Shown here one piece after another: positions 30,401-38,818 of a stretch of DNA of 64,000 nt (positions within the stretch are counted from its first letter, which is position 1; each line of letters starts with the position of its first letter). Source of the DNA: an uncultured Alphaproteobacteria bacterium (GTDB lineage: Bacteria; Pseudomonadota; Alphaproteobacteria; Rhizobiales; Xanthobacteraceae). The notes beneath the pieces are model-generated. The model saw only the letters and a program-made list of their open reading frames with translations, made no database searches and was not told the DNA's origin. Made by a program: the position numbers and the translations under genes. Location: positions 10,509 to 74,508 of the forward strand of contig CAWFMV010000006.1 of the NCBI GenBank assembly GCA_963817015.1, written 5' to 3'.

Positions 30401-32699
30401 AGGTCGCGTTCTCGCCCTCGCCGAGCGAGCGGCCGGAGAACAGCGGCTTGACGCCGATCATCGGGCCTGCCGGCGTCACCGGCACGACGAGCTTGCGCTC
30501 GACCGCGCGGCCGCCGGCCTCCGCCATGCGCACGGTGAGCTGCGCTTCGAGCGGACGGGTCGCCTCCGGCTGCTTCTCGAGCGTGAGAGTGAACTTGGCC
30601 TTGCCGTCGCGGTCGGTCGTCGGCAGGCCGTCGAGCGGCTGCCGCGTCTTCTCGATCTTCTCGTCGGCGAGGCCGAACTGATAGCGCGGAAAGCCCGCGC
30701 GCTCGTCGGCCGGCCCGATCACGACCTCGCCTTCGAGCTCGAGGCCGGCGGCCGGCGCGCCATAGAGATAGCGGCCGTCGACGCGTGATCTCGGCCGGAG
30801 CCGGCCTTGGAGACGCTCTTGGCCGTGGTGGCGAGATCGAATTCGAGCCGATCCGGCACATAGTCCTCGACCATGAAGGTCGTTTCGCCGACCGGCGGAC
30901 GCTTCGGATCGGTGAAGGCGCGCACGCGCCAGGTGCCGGTCGGCGCCGACGCGACCAGCGGCACGGCGAGCGCGCGGCCGCCGACGCCCTGGTCGGCCAC
31001 GACCGTGCGGCGATATTCGACGCCGTCGGGGCGCTCGACCACGAGCGTGAGCGGCATGCCCGCCGCGGCCACGCCCTGCGCGTCGCGCAGCAGCGCCGTG
31101 AGCTGCACCGTCTCGCCGGAGCGATAGACGCCGCGCTCGGTATAGACGAAGGCATCGAGGCCGGCCGGCACCACGCGGCCGGAAACGCCGCGGTCGGTGA
31201 GATCGAAGGCCGGCGCCTTGAGGCTCAGGAACGCGTAGTCGCCGCGCGCATCGGTCGCGATCAGCAGCGCCGGCGCCAGCGCGCCCTCGCCGCGCGTCAG
31301 ACCGGCCTCGAACTGCACATGGCCGGCGTCGTCGGTGCGCTTGGTCGAGAGGATCTCGTTGTTGCGCGACAGCAGGCGCACTTCGACCGCGCCGCTCGGC
31401 TGCGTCGATTTCGAGCGAATTCACGAAGGCGTGCACGCCGTCATTGCCGGAGAAGGCCGTGAGGCCGAGGTCGGAGACGATGAACCACTGGGTCGCCAGT
31501 CTGGTCGTATTCGTCGCCGACCGAGCCCGCGGCATTCGCCACCATCACATAGACGCCGGCGCCGCATTGCCGATCGCCTCGCCGACCGGAAACGCGGTGG
31601 TGACGTCGGCATTGAGCGTCTGCTCGACCTTCATCTCGCCTTTCCAGACCTGCGAGCCGCGCTCCTCGGTGAGGCGGCCGATGTCGTAGCGGTCGAGCGT
31701 GCGCTGGAAGTCGCTGCCGATCACGGTGTTGAGCAGGTTGCGGTCGCCGATGCGGTAGATCTCGATCGCCACCGCCGTGGTGTTGACGCTGACCACCGGG
31801 ATGCCGCGCTGGCCGGTGCGCGGCAGCACATAGGCCTTGCTGGTGAAGCGCACGAACGGCTTGCGGTCGCGCACATAGACGTTGAATTCGGCGCTCTTCG
31901 ACAGCGTCTCCTTCACGGTCGAGGGAATGCCGGCGCGCAGCGTGATGCTGTAGCGCTCGCCGTGCTTGAGGCCTTCGACGCAGATCTGCCGCTTGTCGAC
32001 CGAGAGCGCCGGCCGGTCCTGGCCGGCGACGGCGACGAACGGCGAGAGGTCGGTGCGCCGGCCCGGCAGATCTTCGGAGAACTGGAAGCAGGCGCGCGGC
32101 GAGGCCGCGTCCGCATCGACGGAGTAGTCGAGCAGCCGGAAGCCATGGTCCTCGCGCATGCGCTCGTATTGCTGGCGCACGTCCGCGACTTCGCGCAGGT
32201 CGAGCGAAATGCGCATCGCATCGAGCGCCGGCCGCCAGAGCTGGCGGTCGGCATAGCTGCGCGAGATGACCAGCAGGCTGTCGGCCTCCTCGGCCGGCAC
32301 TCGCGTGCGCTGATAGGCGATATAGGCGGCGGTCGCCGCGCGCTCGAGCAGCGTCGTGCGCTCGCGATCGTTGCCGGGCCGGATCTGCAGCACGGCCTTG
32401 GCGAGCCGCAGCCAGTTCGCGCCGTCCTCGGGCGCGACGACGGCGATCTGGCCGAGCAGCTGCAGGCCGGTGCGGAAATCGTTGCGCGCAAAGGCGGCGT
32501 CGGCCTCGCGCCGCAAGCTGCGCGACGGGCTTCGTGACCGCGCCGGCTTCGCGTCTTGATCTGCGCTTCGAGCTTGATCGCCGCGTCGGCGAGATCGTCG
32601 CGCTGGAACGCCTTCTGGGCGGACGCCGCGACCGACAAGCGACAGCGACAATAGGGCAACGAGCGCGGCGACGATGCCGGCGCGGACGAACGCAATCAT
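27444..32699 (-). pseudogene. bacterial alpha-2-macroglobulin family protein (YfhM-like, about 1750 codons), many frame breaks
   Basis: GGAAGGAGG SD and ATG at 32699 (MIAFVRAGIVAALVALLSLSL). Thioester motif YPFGCSEQITS, with CSEQ encoded at 28807-28818 on the minus strand. C-terminus ...YVHPQAYVEDMYRPDRFGRTATGTVEVTAAR*. Collinear fragments lie in all three minus frames. Immediately upstream of pbpC. Confidence 0.9.
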
Positions 32700-32984
32700 G
32701 ATTGAACCTCCTTCCCCGCCGGCCCGACCGCCACGCGGGATAATTGCCATGCTGAACCCGCAATCGTGTCGAGGTAATGACTTCCGGAGGGCGATGCATC
32801 AGCGCAAAGGCTCCTCGGGCGGACCTGTCCACAGCCGCGGCGATTGGCCTGGCCTATCCGCCTCTTCGGGCGCTAGCGCATTGAAATAACATCATTTTTT
32901 TGCGTTGCCATCGCCAGGCCGCGTCCGGCCGGTGAAGCCGCTGGCTGCCATTGCGGCTCGTCACAACGGCGTCGCGGTTAATCC

Positions 32985-33042
32985 TTTCAAATGTCCGCAA
33001 ATCTCCGCATGTCTTTTCAAATGCCCTCACGTCTTTTCAAAT
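32985..33042 (+). promoter_or_regulatory. three direct copies of TTTCAAAT (at 32985, 33015, 33035) upstream of the phosphodiesterase gene; candidate regulator site
   Basis: cctttcaaatgtcc ... gtcttttcaaatgccctcac gtcttttcaaatccc. Spacing is 30 and 20 bp, 60-120 bp upstream of the ATG at 33104. No regulator assignment is possible. Confidence 0.25.
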
Positions 33043-33103
33043 CCCCCTTTACCGGCTTGGTGCGATGATGGGCCGAGCGGAGCAACCAGCGAGAGGAGCA
33101 ACC

Positions 33104-34195
33104 ATGGCCAATCTTCTCCGACGCGCGCCCGCTGCCATCTTCTATGGCGCCTCGATTGTTGCGATTGTCGCCTTCGTTGCCACCGCACAGACCCAGACCA
33201 TGCCCCCTCTCACTCCAACCTTGAGCGGCGGAGCGCCGCTCGTGATCGGCCACCGTGGAGCGGCTGGCCATCGGCCTGAGCACACGCTCGCGTCCTACAG
33301 CCTTGCAATCGACTACGGGGTCGATTTCATCGAGCCTGATCTGGTGTCGACCAAGGATGGCGTGTTGATCGCGCGCCATGAGAACGACATTTCCGGCACC
33401 ACCGACGTGGCGCAGAAGTTTCCCGGCCGGCGCACCCGAAAGACGATCGATGGCAAATCGATCGAAGGCTACTTCACCGAGGACTTCACGCTCGCAGAGA
33501 TCAAGACGCTGCGCGCCAAGGAGCGGCTCGCCTTCCGCAACCAGGGCTGGAACGGCATCTACGAGATTCCGACGCTGCAGGAGGTGATCGAGCTCGCCAA
33601 GCGCAGGGGCCTCGAAACCGGCCGCGTGATCGGGATCTATCCCGAGACCAAGCACCCGAGCTATTTTCGCTCGATCGGGCTCGCGCTGGAGGCGCCGCTG
33701 GTCAAGACGTTGACGGACAATGGCTACACCGACGCCAATGCGCCGGTCTTCATTCAGTCCTTCGAGGTCCAGAACCTCAAGGACCTGAGCAAGCTCACCA
33801 AGGTGCGGCTGGTGCAGCTCATGGAGGATAATAGGGCCAAGCCCTACGACTTCGTCGCGGCGGGCGACCGCCGCAGCTATGGCGACCTCATGACACCGGA
33901 AGGCCTTGTCGCCATCGCCAGCTACGCCAGCGGCATCGGCCCATTCAAGCGCAGCATCGTGCCGCAGGGCGCAAACGGGGCGCTGCTGCCGCCCACGAGC
34001 CTCGTCGCCGACGCCCACAAGGCCGGGCTGGTTGTGCATCCTTATACGTTCCGCGACGAGCCCGAGTTCCTGGCGCGCGACTATAGCCTCGACCCTGTGA
34101 AAGAGTATCTCCAGTTTTTCCGGCTTGGCGTCGACGGCGTGTTCTCCGATTTCGGAGACACTGCGGTGCGGGCGAAGAGATTGATGTGGCCGTGA
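33104..34195 (+). CDS. periplasmic glycerophosphodiester phosphodiesterase (GDPD family, GlpQ-like)
   Basis: GAGAGGAG SD, signal peptide, GDPD motifs VIGHRGAAGHRPEHT and FIEPDLVSTKDG; 363 aa intact. Confidence 0.88.
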   Translation: MANLLRRAPAAIFYGASIVAIVAFVATAQTQTMPPLTPTLSGGAPLVIGHRGAAGHRPEHTLASYSLAIDYGVDFIEPDLVSTKDGVLIARHENDISGTTDVAQKFPGRRTRKTIDGKSIEGYFTEDFTLAEIKTLRAKERLAFRNQGWNGIYEIPTLQEVIELAKRRGLETGRVIGIYPETKHPSYFRSIGLALEAPLVKTLTDNGYTDANAPVFIQSFEVQNLKDLSKLTKVRLVQLMEDNRAKPYDFVAAGDRRSYGDLMTPEGLVAIASYASGIGPFKRSIVPQGANGALLPPTSLVADAHKAGLVVHPYTFRDEPEFLARDYSLDPVKEYLQFFRLGVDGVFSDFGDTAVRAKRLMWP

Positions 34196-34217
34196 ACGAG
34201 GGCAAAATGCGCGGGTG

Positions 34218-34859
34218 TTATTCGGCCGCGACGGACATTGGAGTGCGACGGAGCTCTTCGGCCGCCTGCCGAGCCACAACCGCGGCGCCTTGCAGCGCCA
34301 GCGCCGCCATGATGGCCGCGACGATGACGTCGGGCCATCCCGTGCCGGTACCAAACACACCCACGGCAGCGAGCAACACGGCGATGTTGCCCAGCACGTC
34401 GTTGCGCGTGCAAATCCATGCCGAGCGCATGTTGGCGTCACCGGTGCGGTAGGCCCACAGCAAGCCAAACGAGGCGGCGTTGGCGACGAGCGCGGCCAAT
34501 CCGACCGTGCCCATGGTGAAGGCGCTGGGCAGAGTGCCGTGCACGGCGTGCCAGACGACTGTCCCGATCACCCACAATCCGAACACGCCCATGGTGGCGC
34601 CTTTGAGCAGCGCGGCCGTCGCGCGATACCGGAGCGCCATGCCAACCACAAACAAGCTGATCGCATAGTTCGCGGCGTCGCCAAGGAAATCGAGAGCGTC
34701 CGCCTGCAGTGAAGCCGACCCGGCCGCGAGGCCGGCGCCGATCTCGACCAGGAACATCACGGCGTTGATGGCCAGGACAGCCCAAAGCACGCGGCGATAG
34801 GCTTGGTTCCCGCGATGGGAGTCCAGATTCAGGGGCGGCGGACAGCAGCATTCGGCCAT
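34218..34859 (-). CDS. short cation-diffusion-facilitator-type transporter (six TM, no C-terminal cytoplasmic domain)
   Basis: LAGSASLQADALDFLGDAANY and ICTRNDVLGNIAVL (HD/DD-type metal-site helices). N-terminal MAECCCPPP. Only 213 aa. Confidence 0.8.
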   Translation of the reverse strand: MAECCCPPPLNLDSHRGNQAYRRVLWAVLAINAVMFLVEIGAGLAAGSASLQADALDFLGDAANYAISLFVVGMALRYRATAALLKGATMGVFGLWVIGTVVWHAVHGTLPSAFTMGTVGLAALVANAASFGLLWAYRTGDANMRSAWICTRNDVLGNIAVLLAAVGVFGTGTGWPDVIVAAIMAALALQGAAVVARQAAEELRRTPMSVAAE

Positions 34860-35096
34860 GCTGAATTGATAGTATCGTCCTCAGGCTCAAACAAGACTGC
34901 GGAATGGCGCAGTCCCGATGTTCCGCGACGTCTGGTATGCGAGCGCACTTGGCCGTTGCGCCCGTTTTCTCGGTTGGGTTCCCCGGCTTGCGGGGTGGCC
35001 ACACCGCCCATATGCTGATAACTGGCGTTCCCGCACCCGAGTTCGCCGTCCTCCGTGCGCATCGCGGCAGGACGACCCAAAAACGCCCGGCACAAG

Positions 35097-35172
35097 GTCC
35101 ACGTAGCTCAGCCGGAAGAGCAGCGGATTTCTAATCCGCAGGTCGCAGGTTCGAGCCCTGCCGTGGACGCCA
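35097..35172 (+). tRNA. tRNA-Arg (anticodon TCT), CCA encoded
   Basis: Manual cloverleaf: acceptor GTCCACG/CGTGGAC, D arm GCTC-AGCCGGAA-GAGC, anticodon arm GCGGA-TT[TCT]AA-TCCGC, variable AGGTC, T arm GCAGG-TTCGAGC-CCTGC, discriminator G, CCA; 76 nt. Confidence 0.93.
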
Positions 35173-35428
35173 AACATATAAGTGAAATCCGTTGAGTTCT
35201 GGCCCGAACGGCACGCCCGCGCAAATTCCCGTATGAACGCGAAGTATTGAGCGCTGCTCGGCAGCAACCGAATTCGCTATCGCATGAGTTCCATACCTTA
35301 GTATCGCCGTTAACTTCTTCGATCGCCATCCTCAGATACATTGGTACGATTTACACCACGTCGACCTTTGTTGACATTCGTTGGCGTAGTGATGCTGAAA
35401 GTTCATGGACAGATAGATAGGTGTAATC

Positions 35429-35692
35429 ATGACTTGGATTGTTCCTGGCGGCACGATCAGGAAAGGCGAGACTATCTCGTGGGACGGGTTATCATGGGCA
35501 GCGGGCGTAGACCCCGGTCCTCAGCACCTCACATTGCGTGCGGCCGTACATAGTTGCCGGCTGGTGGTGCTCGCTCAAACGCGCACCAAGATCCAGGATG
35601 GGTCGCGTATCAGGTGGGACTACGGCCTCATTGCAAGAAATGACGGCTGGACCGACACGTATTTCGAGATCGAGGGAGGCAACCATGTCTGA
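35429..35692 (+). CDS. orphan hypothetical protein (87 aa), first of an overlapping pair
   Basis: ATG preceded by AGGTG. The stop overlaps the next ATG (ATGTCTGA, 8-nt overlap). Local GC is about 48-52%. No recognisable domain. Confidence 0.45.
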   Translation: MTWIVPGGTIRKGETISWDGLSWAAGVDPGPQHLTLRAAVHSCRLVVLAQTRTKIQDGSRIRWDYGLIARNDGWTDTYFEIEGGNHV

Positions 35693-35933
35693 CAGCGACA
35701 GCAAGAAGGCTTCTCTCTGGGTCGTAGTCAATGAGAGCGGTGATATTGTCGGATCCAATTACATGCTGACGGGGGACTCAAAAGGTGATGGGCCCGTGAA
35801 TAGAGGTCGACCCGTGGCAGCGGCAGGCCAGCGCGCAATCGAGATGGACATGAGCGAGGAGATGCACTTTGCCGACTCGGCCGCGACGTTCCACGCTCGG
35901 ATCGCAACCCTGATGTCCGGAAGGACAAAATAG
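35685..35933 (+). CDS. orphan hypothetical acidic protein (82 aa), second of the overlapping pair
   Basis: Strong GAGGGAGG SD 4-5 nt upstream of the ATG at 35685. MSDSDSKKASLWVVVNESGDIVG... No recognisable domain. Confidence 0.5.
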   Translation: MSDSDSKKASLWVVVNESGDIVGSNYMLTGDSKGDGPVNRGRPVAAAGQRAIEMDMSEEMHFADSAATFHARIATLMSGRTK

Positions 35934-36098
35934 GACCAAGGCTCGCAATGACGTGTAGTGGGGCGCTACAGGCACTTACCACTCGCACGTTGTACCCTCT
36001 CGCACTCGCAAGGCGGCATCACAGCATCGCAGATCCCAATGCGATTCACGCGGCCGCCTCGCGTTTGCGGTCTCTTTCCTAATTACGTGAGAGTGCGA

Positions 36099-36653
36099 TC
36101 AAAGAATATCCGCCTCGGTGAACGTCGACTCCACGCGCTCCGCGACCAGCCGGAACAACCATCGCAACGAGTCGCGCTGTTTTCCTTGCGTGCATCCATC
36201 AACGATGTTGAACGCCAGAAACAAATTCCAATCGCGGATGCTGCTCAGCAATGTGGCCAGACGCTCCTCGTTGAATCGGCCCTTGAGCTTGAACTGACGC
36301 CACAGCGCAAATGGCTCGTCGTGGTACTGAACCATCGCCAGCATGTCGGCGTCGTCGCAGAACTCGGCGAGAAACGCCCGCGCCAGCGACGCATGACTGT
36401 CAGGCGCCGCGATCGGCGCGCCCGGCTGCGCCTCAGCCTTGAACGTGTCATGGGTGTGAACGAGCACCTTGAGCCGCCAGTAATCGGTCTCCGACAGCTT
36501 CGCGCGCAGCTGCGCGAGATTGCGCTCAAGCTCCGCAATGTGCGCCCGAATGGTTCCTTCCGGATGCCCCGGCCGTACCTCGCCCCAATCCAGGTTACGC
36601 TGGTAGCGCGCGGCGCGCGTAATGGCGTCGAATATCTCTTTGTAGTCCCGCAT
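36099..36653 (-). CDS. hypothetical protein with HD-domain-like His/Asp pattern
   Basis: 184 aa. GHPEGTIRAHI ... VLVHTHDTFK ... SHASLA ... VQYHDE is reminiscent of H..HD..H..D metal-dependent phosphohydrolases. Assigned by eye only. Confidence 0.55.
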   Translation of the reverse strand: MRDYKEIFDAITRAARYQRNLDWGEVRPGHPEGTIRAHIAELERNLAQLRAKLSETDYWRLKVLVHTHDTFKAEAQPGAPIAAPDSHASLARAFLAEFCDDADMLAMVQYHDEPFALWRQFKLKGRFNEERLATLLSSIRDWNLFLAFNIVDGCTQGKQRDSLRWLFRLVAERVESTFTEADIL

Positions 36654-36886
36654 GCCCGTCCTTGTGATCGAACATTGAGGTCGCCATCAGTCCCGCCTCA
36701 GGAAATGCCCTCAGAATCGTGATTAAATTGTCGTAAGTCCGGCCGGAGCCACAATCCCGACGCAACCTTTTCACATCTGGAAAATTATGTAGGATGCGGC
36801 CGCGAACGGATGCTACGGTCGCAGGAAGCAACGGACACGACACGGGCGACACGACTCACGGCGACGCGACCAACAGGAGCCTTGAA

Positions 36887-37165
36887 ATGAACCGTCGTAG
36901 GACGATTGCAGCGCTGGCCGTGATAGGCGCTGCGTCCGTCGCTGCCGCACCGAGCTTCGCCCAGGACCCGTCGGGCGCCCGCATGGCGCCCGAGCGCGCT
37001 CCTGTCTCGTCCGGCGTGACCTCCGGCGCCTTGCCGACCCCATCGGTGCAGTTCGGCACCAAGCGCAAGGCGACCTCGCAGGAGGGACCAGAGCTGCAAA
37101 GCCAGAAGGCGGTACGGCCGCTTTCGCTCTCGCCGGGCGCGGCGCCAAATTTGCCCGTTAGATAA
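36887..37165 (+). CDS. small exported protein with Tat-like signal (92 aa)
   Basis: AGGAG SD. MNRRRTIAALAVIGAASVAAAPSFAQ signal, then a Pro/Ser/Gly-rich mature part. Confidence 0.5.
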   Translation: MNRRRTIAALAVIGAASVAAAPSFAQDPSGARMAPERAPVSSGVTSGALPTPSVQFGTKRKATSQEGPELQSQKAVRPLSLSPGAAPNLPVR

Positions 37166-37183
37166 GAATGACGCGCTCTCCTC

Positions 37184-37287
37184 GTCATGGCCGGGCTCGT
37201 CCCCGCCATCCACGTCTTTGATCTAACTGAATTCAAGACGTGGATGCCCGCGACAAGCGCGGGCATGACGAAGCAAACGTTGAGCGC
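37184..37287. repeat. REP-like composite palindromic element (family copy 1)
   Basis: gtcatggccgggctcgtccccgcc...ccacgtctt/aagacgtgg and atgcccgcg/cgcgggcat stems ...gggcatgacgaagcaaacgttgagcgc. A second copy with an internal insertion lies at 49427-49568 in the same orientation. Confidence 0.75.
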
Positions 37288-37294
37288 ATTGGTA

Positions 37295-37723
37295 TTAGTC
37301 CAGATTGATCGTGTGCACGTCCTGGGTGACGTGGATCTCGGCGAACGGCATCAGCACCTCGCCATCCCGGCAAGCATAATTCGGCGTCGCCACGCGCTCG
37401 AAATTCCCGCGGTCGCTGACACACGTGTTCGCGCGGTCGCCGCCCCAGTAGGCTTCCTTTCCGGGCACGAAGGCGAAGAAGTAGAAATAGCCTTTCGGGA
37501 ATCCCGAGGCTTCATTGCATCCCGGCTCAAGGCTGAACCAGCCCTTCACCACGAAGTGGCGATCATTCACGCCGGCCCGGTGGATGATCGCGAGCATCGC
37601 CGGATCCTCGGTGTTGTTGCAGACCCGCAACGTGAACGTGCCCGGCTGAGCCTCGCTGGGGCCGACGAACGTCAGACCCAATGCCAGACAGGCCGCCGAC
37701 AGCGCCCACTTCAAGGCTCGCAT
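37295..37723 (-). CDS. exported DUF1036-like protein
   Basis: Signal peptide MRALKWALSAACLALGLTFVGPSEA. FTLRVCNNT...VVKGWFSLEPGCN pattern typical of DUF1036. Confidence 0.7.
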   Translation of the reverse strand: MRALKWALSAACLALGLTFVGPSEAQPGTFTLRVCNNTEDPAMLAIIHRAGVNDRHFVVKGWFSLEPGCNEASGFPKGYFYFFAFVPGKEAYWGGDRANTCVSDRGNFERVATPNYACRDGEVLMPFAEIHVTQDVHTINLD

Positions 37724-37838
37724 GAAAAGGATACTCCTCCGCTTGGACGGGGCCGTAACATGGATTTAAATCATGCTCGTCTCAAGCTCTTTCTCGGCAT
37801 CGCGTGCTAGGACGTGATCGCAACAACTGGATGACTTC

Positions 37839-38813
37839 ATGCGTCTGCAACTCACCTTCGCGGCCGGCGGTTACGACTTCGTCCGCCCGCTCGCCGACGG
37901 CACCGTCAAGCCGGACGGCATCGATCTCGTCGTGCTCTCCGGCATGGGCTCGGGCGAGCGCCACCATCGCATGGGCCACGGCCACGAATTCGACCTCTGC
38001 GAGTTCAACGCCGCTGCCTACCTTGCGGCGCATGACCGCGACTACCCGTGGCTCGCCTTGCCGGTGTTCCTGCATCGGCGCTTCCGGCACGGCTTCGTCT
38101 TCGTCAATCCGCAACGCGGGATCGCAACGCCGCCCGACCTGCGCGGCAAGCGGCTCGGCGGGCCAACATTCCTCGCCGCCGGCAATGTGTGGATGCGTGG
38201 CATCCTCGAAGAGCACCATGGTGCACCACACCGCGAAATCACCTGGTTCGTCGAGCGCGAGGATGCGGTCCCGTTCGCGCCGCCCGCGGGCTTGCGCTAC
38301 GAGCGCGTGCCGGACGGCGTGCGCGCCGAAAAGATGATGCTCGACGGCGAGCTTGACGGCCTGCTCTCGCCTGACCTGCCGCATGCCTTCCTCAAGGGCG
38401 AACCGAGCATCGCGCGCCTGTTCGCCGCCAACAAGGACGAGGAAATCGCCTACTTCAAGAAGACCGGCATCTTCCCGATCATGCATGTGACGCTGATCAA
38501 GCGCGAGCTGGTCGAGCGCCATCCCTGGGTGCCGAACACGCTGATGAAGGCGTTCAATCAGGCGAAGGAAATCGCCTACCGGCGTATCCTCAATCCTCGC
38601 AACGTCGCGCTCGCCTGGGTGCGCAATGCGCTCGAGGAACAGATCGCGGTCCTGGGTCCCGATCCGTGGGAGTTCGGATTGACGGACAAGAACCGCAAGA
38701 ACCTCGAGACGCTGCAGCGCTATTGCGCACAGCAGGGCATCGTGCGCCAGCAACGGCCGCTGGAAGAGCTGTTCATCGATGCAGGCCGGGTGAACATTCC
38801 CGAGGAGGTGTGA
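37839..38813 (+). CDS. 4,5-dihydroxyphthalate decarboxylase-like / NMT1-type binding-fold protein
   Basis: 324 aa intact. The N-terminal LQLTFAAGGYDFVRPLADGTVKPDGIDL...HEFDLCEF pattern matches the family usually annotated this way. Confidence 0.7.
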   Translation: MRLQLTFAAGGYDFVRPLADGTVKPDGIDLVVLSGMGSGERHHRMGHGHEFDLCEFNAAAYLAAHDRDYPWLALPVFLHRRFRHGFVFVNPQRGIATPPDLRGKRLGGPTFLAAGNVWMRGILEEHHGAPHREITWFVEREDAVPFAPPAGLRYERVPDGVRAEKMMLDGELDGLLSPDLPHAFLKGEPSIARLFAANKDEEIAYFKKTGIFPIMHVTLIKRELVERHPWVPNTLMKAFNQAKEIAYRRILNPRNVALAWVRNALEEQIAVLGPDPWEFGLTDKNRKNLETLQRYCAQQGIVRQQRPLEELFIDAGRVNIPEEV

Positions 38814-38818
38814 TCGCC

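Noticed and set aside
173-32699. Frameshifts as programmed ribosomal frameshifting or as an adaptive pseudogene wave
   Set aside because: There are no slippery heptamers or downstream structures at the junctions. The changes are insertion-only, clustered in blocks and unrelated to gene function, so technical error is the simpler explanation. This is reported as a finding to verify.
35108-35341. 77-aa minus-strand ORF next to the islet
   Set aside because: Its 3' part is the reverse complement of tRNA-Arg, so it is not credible as a gene.
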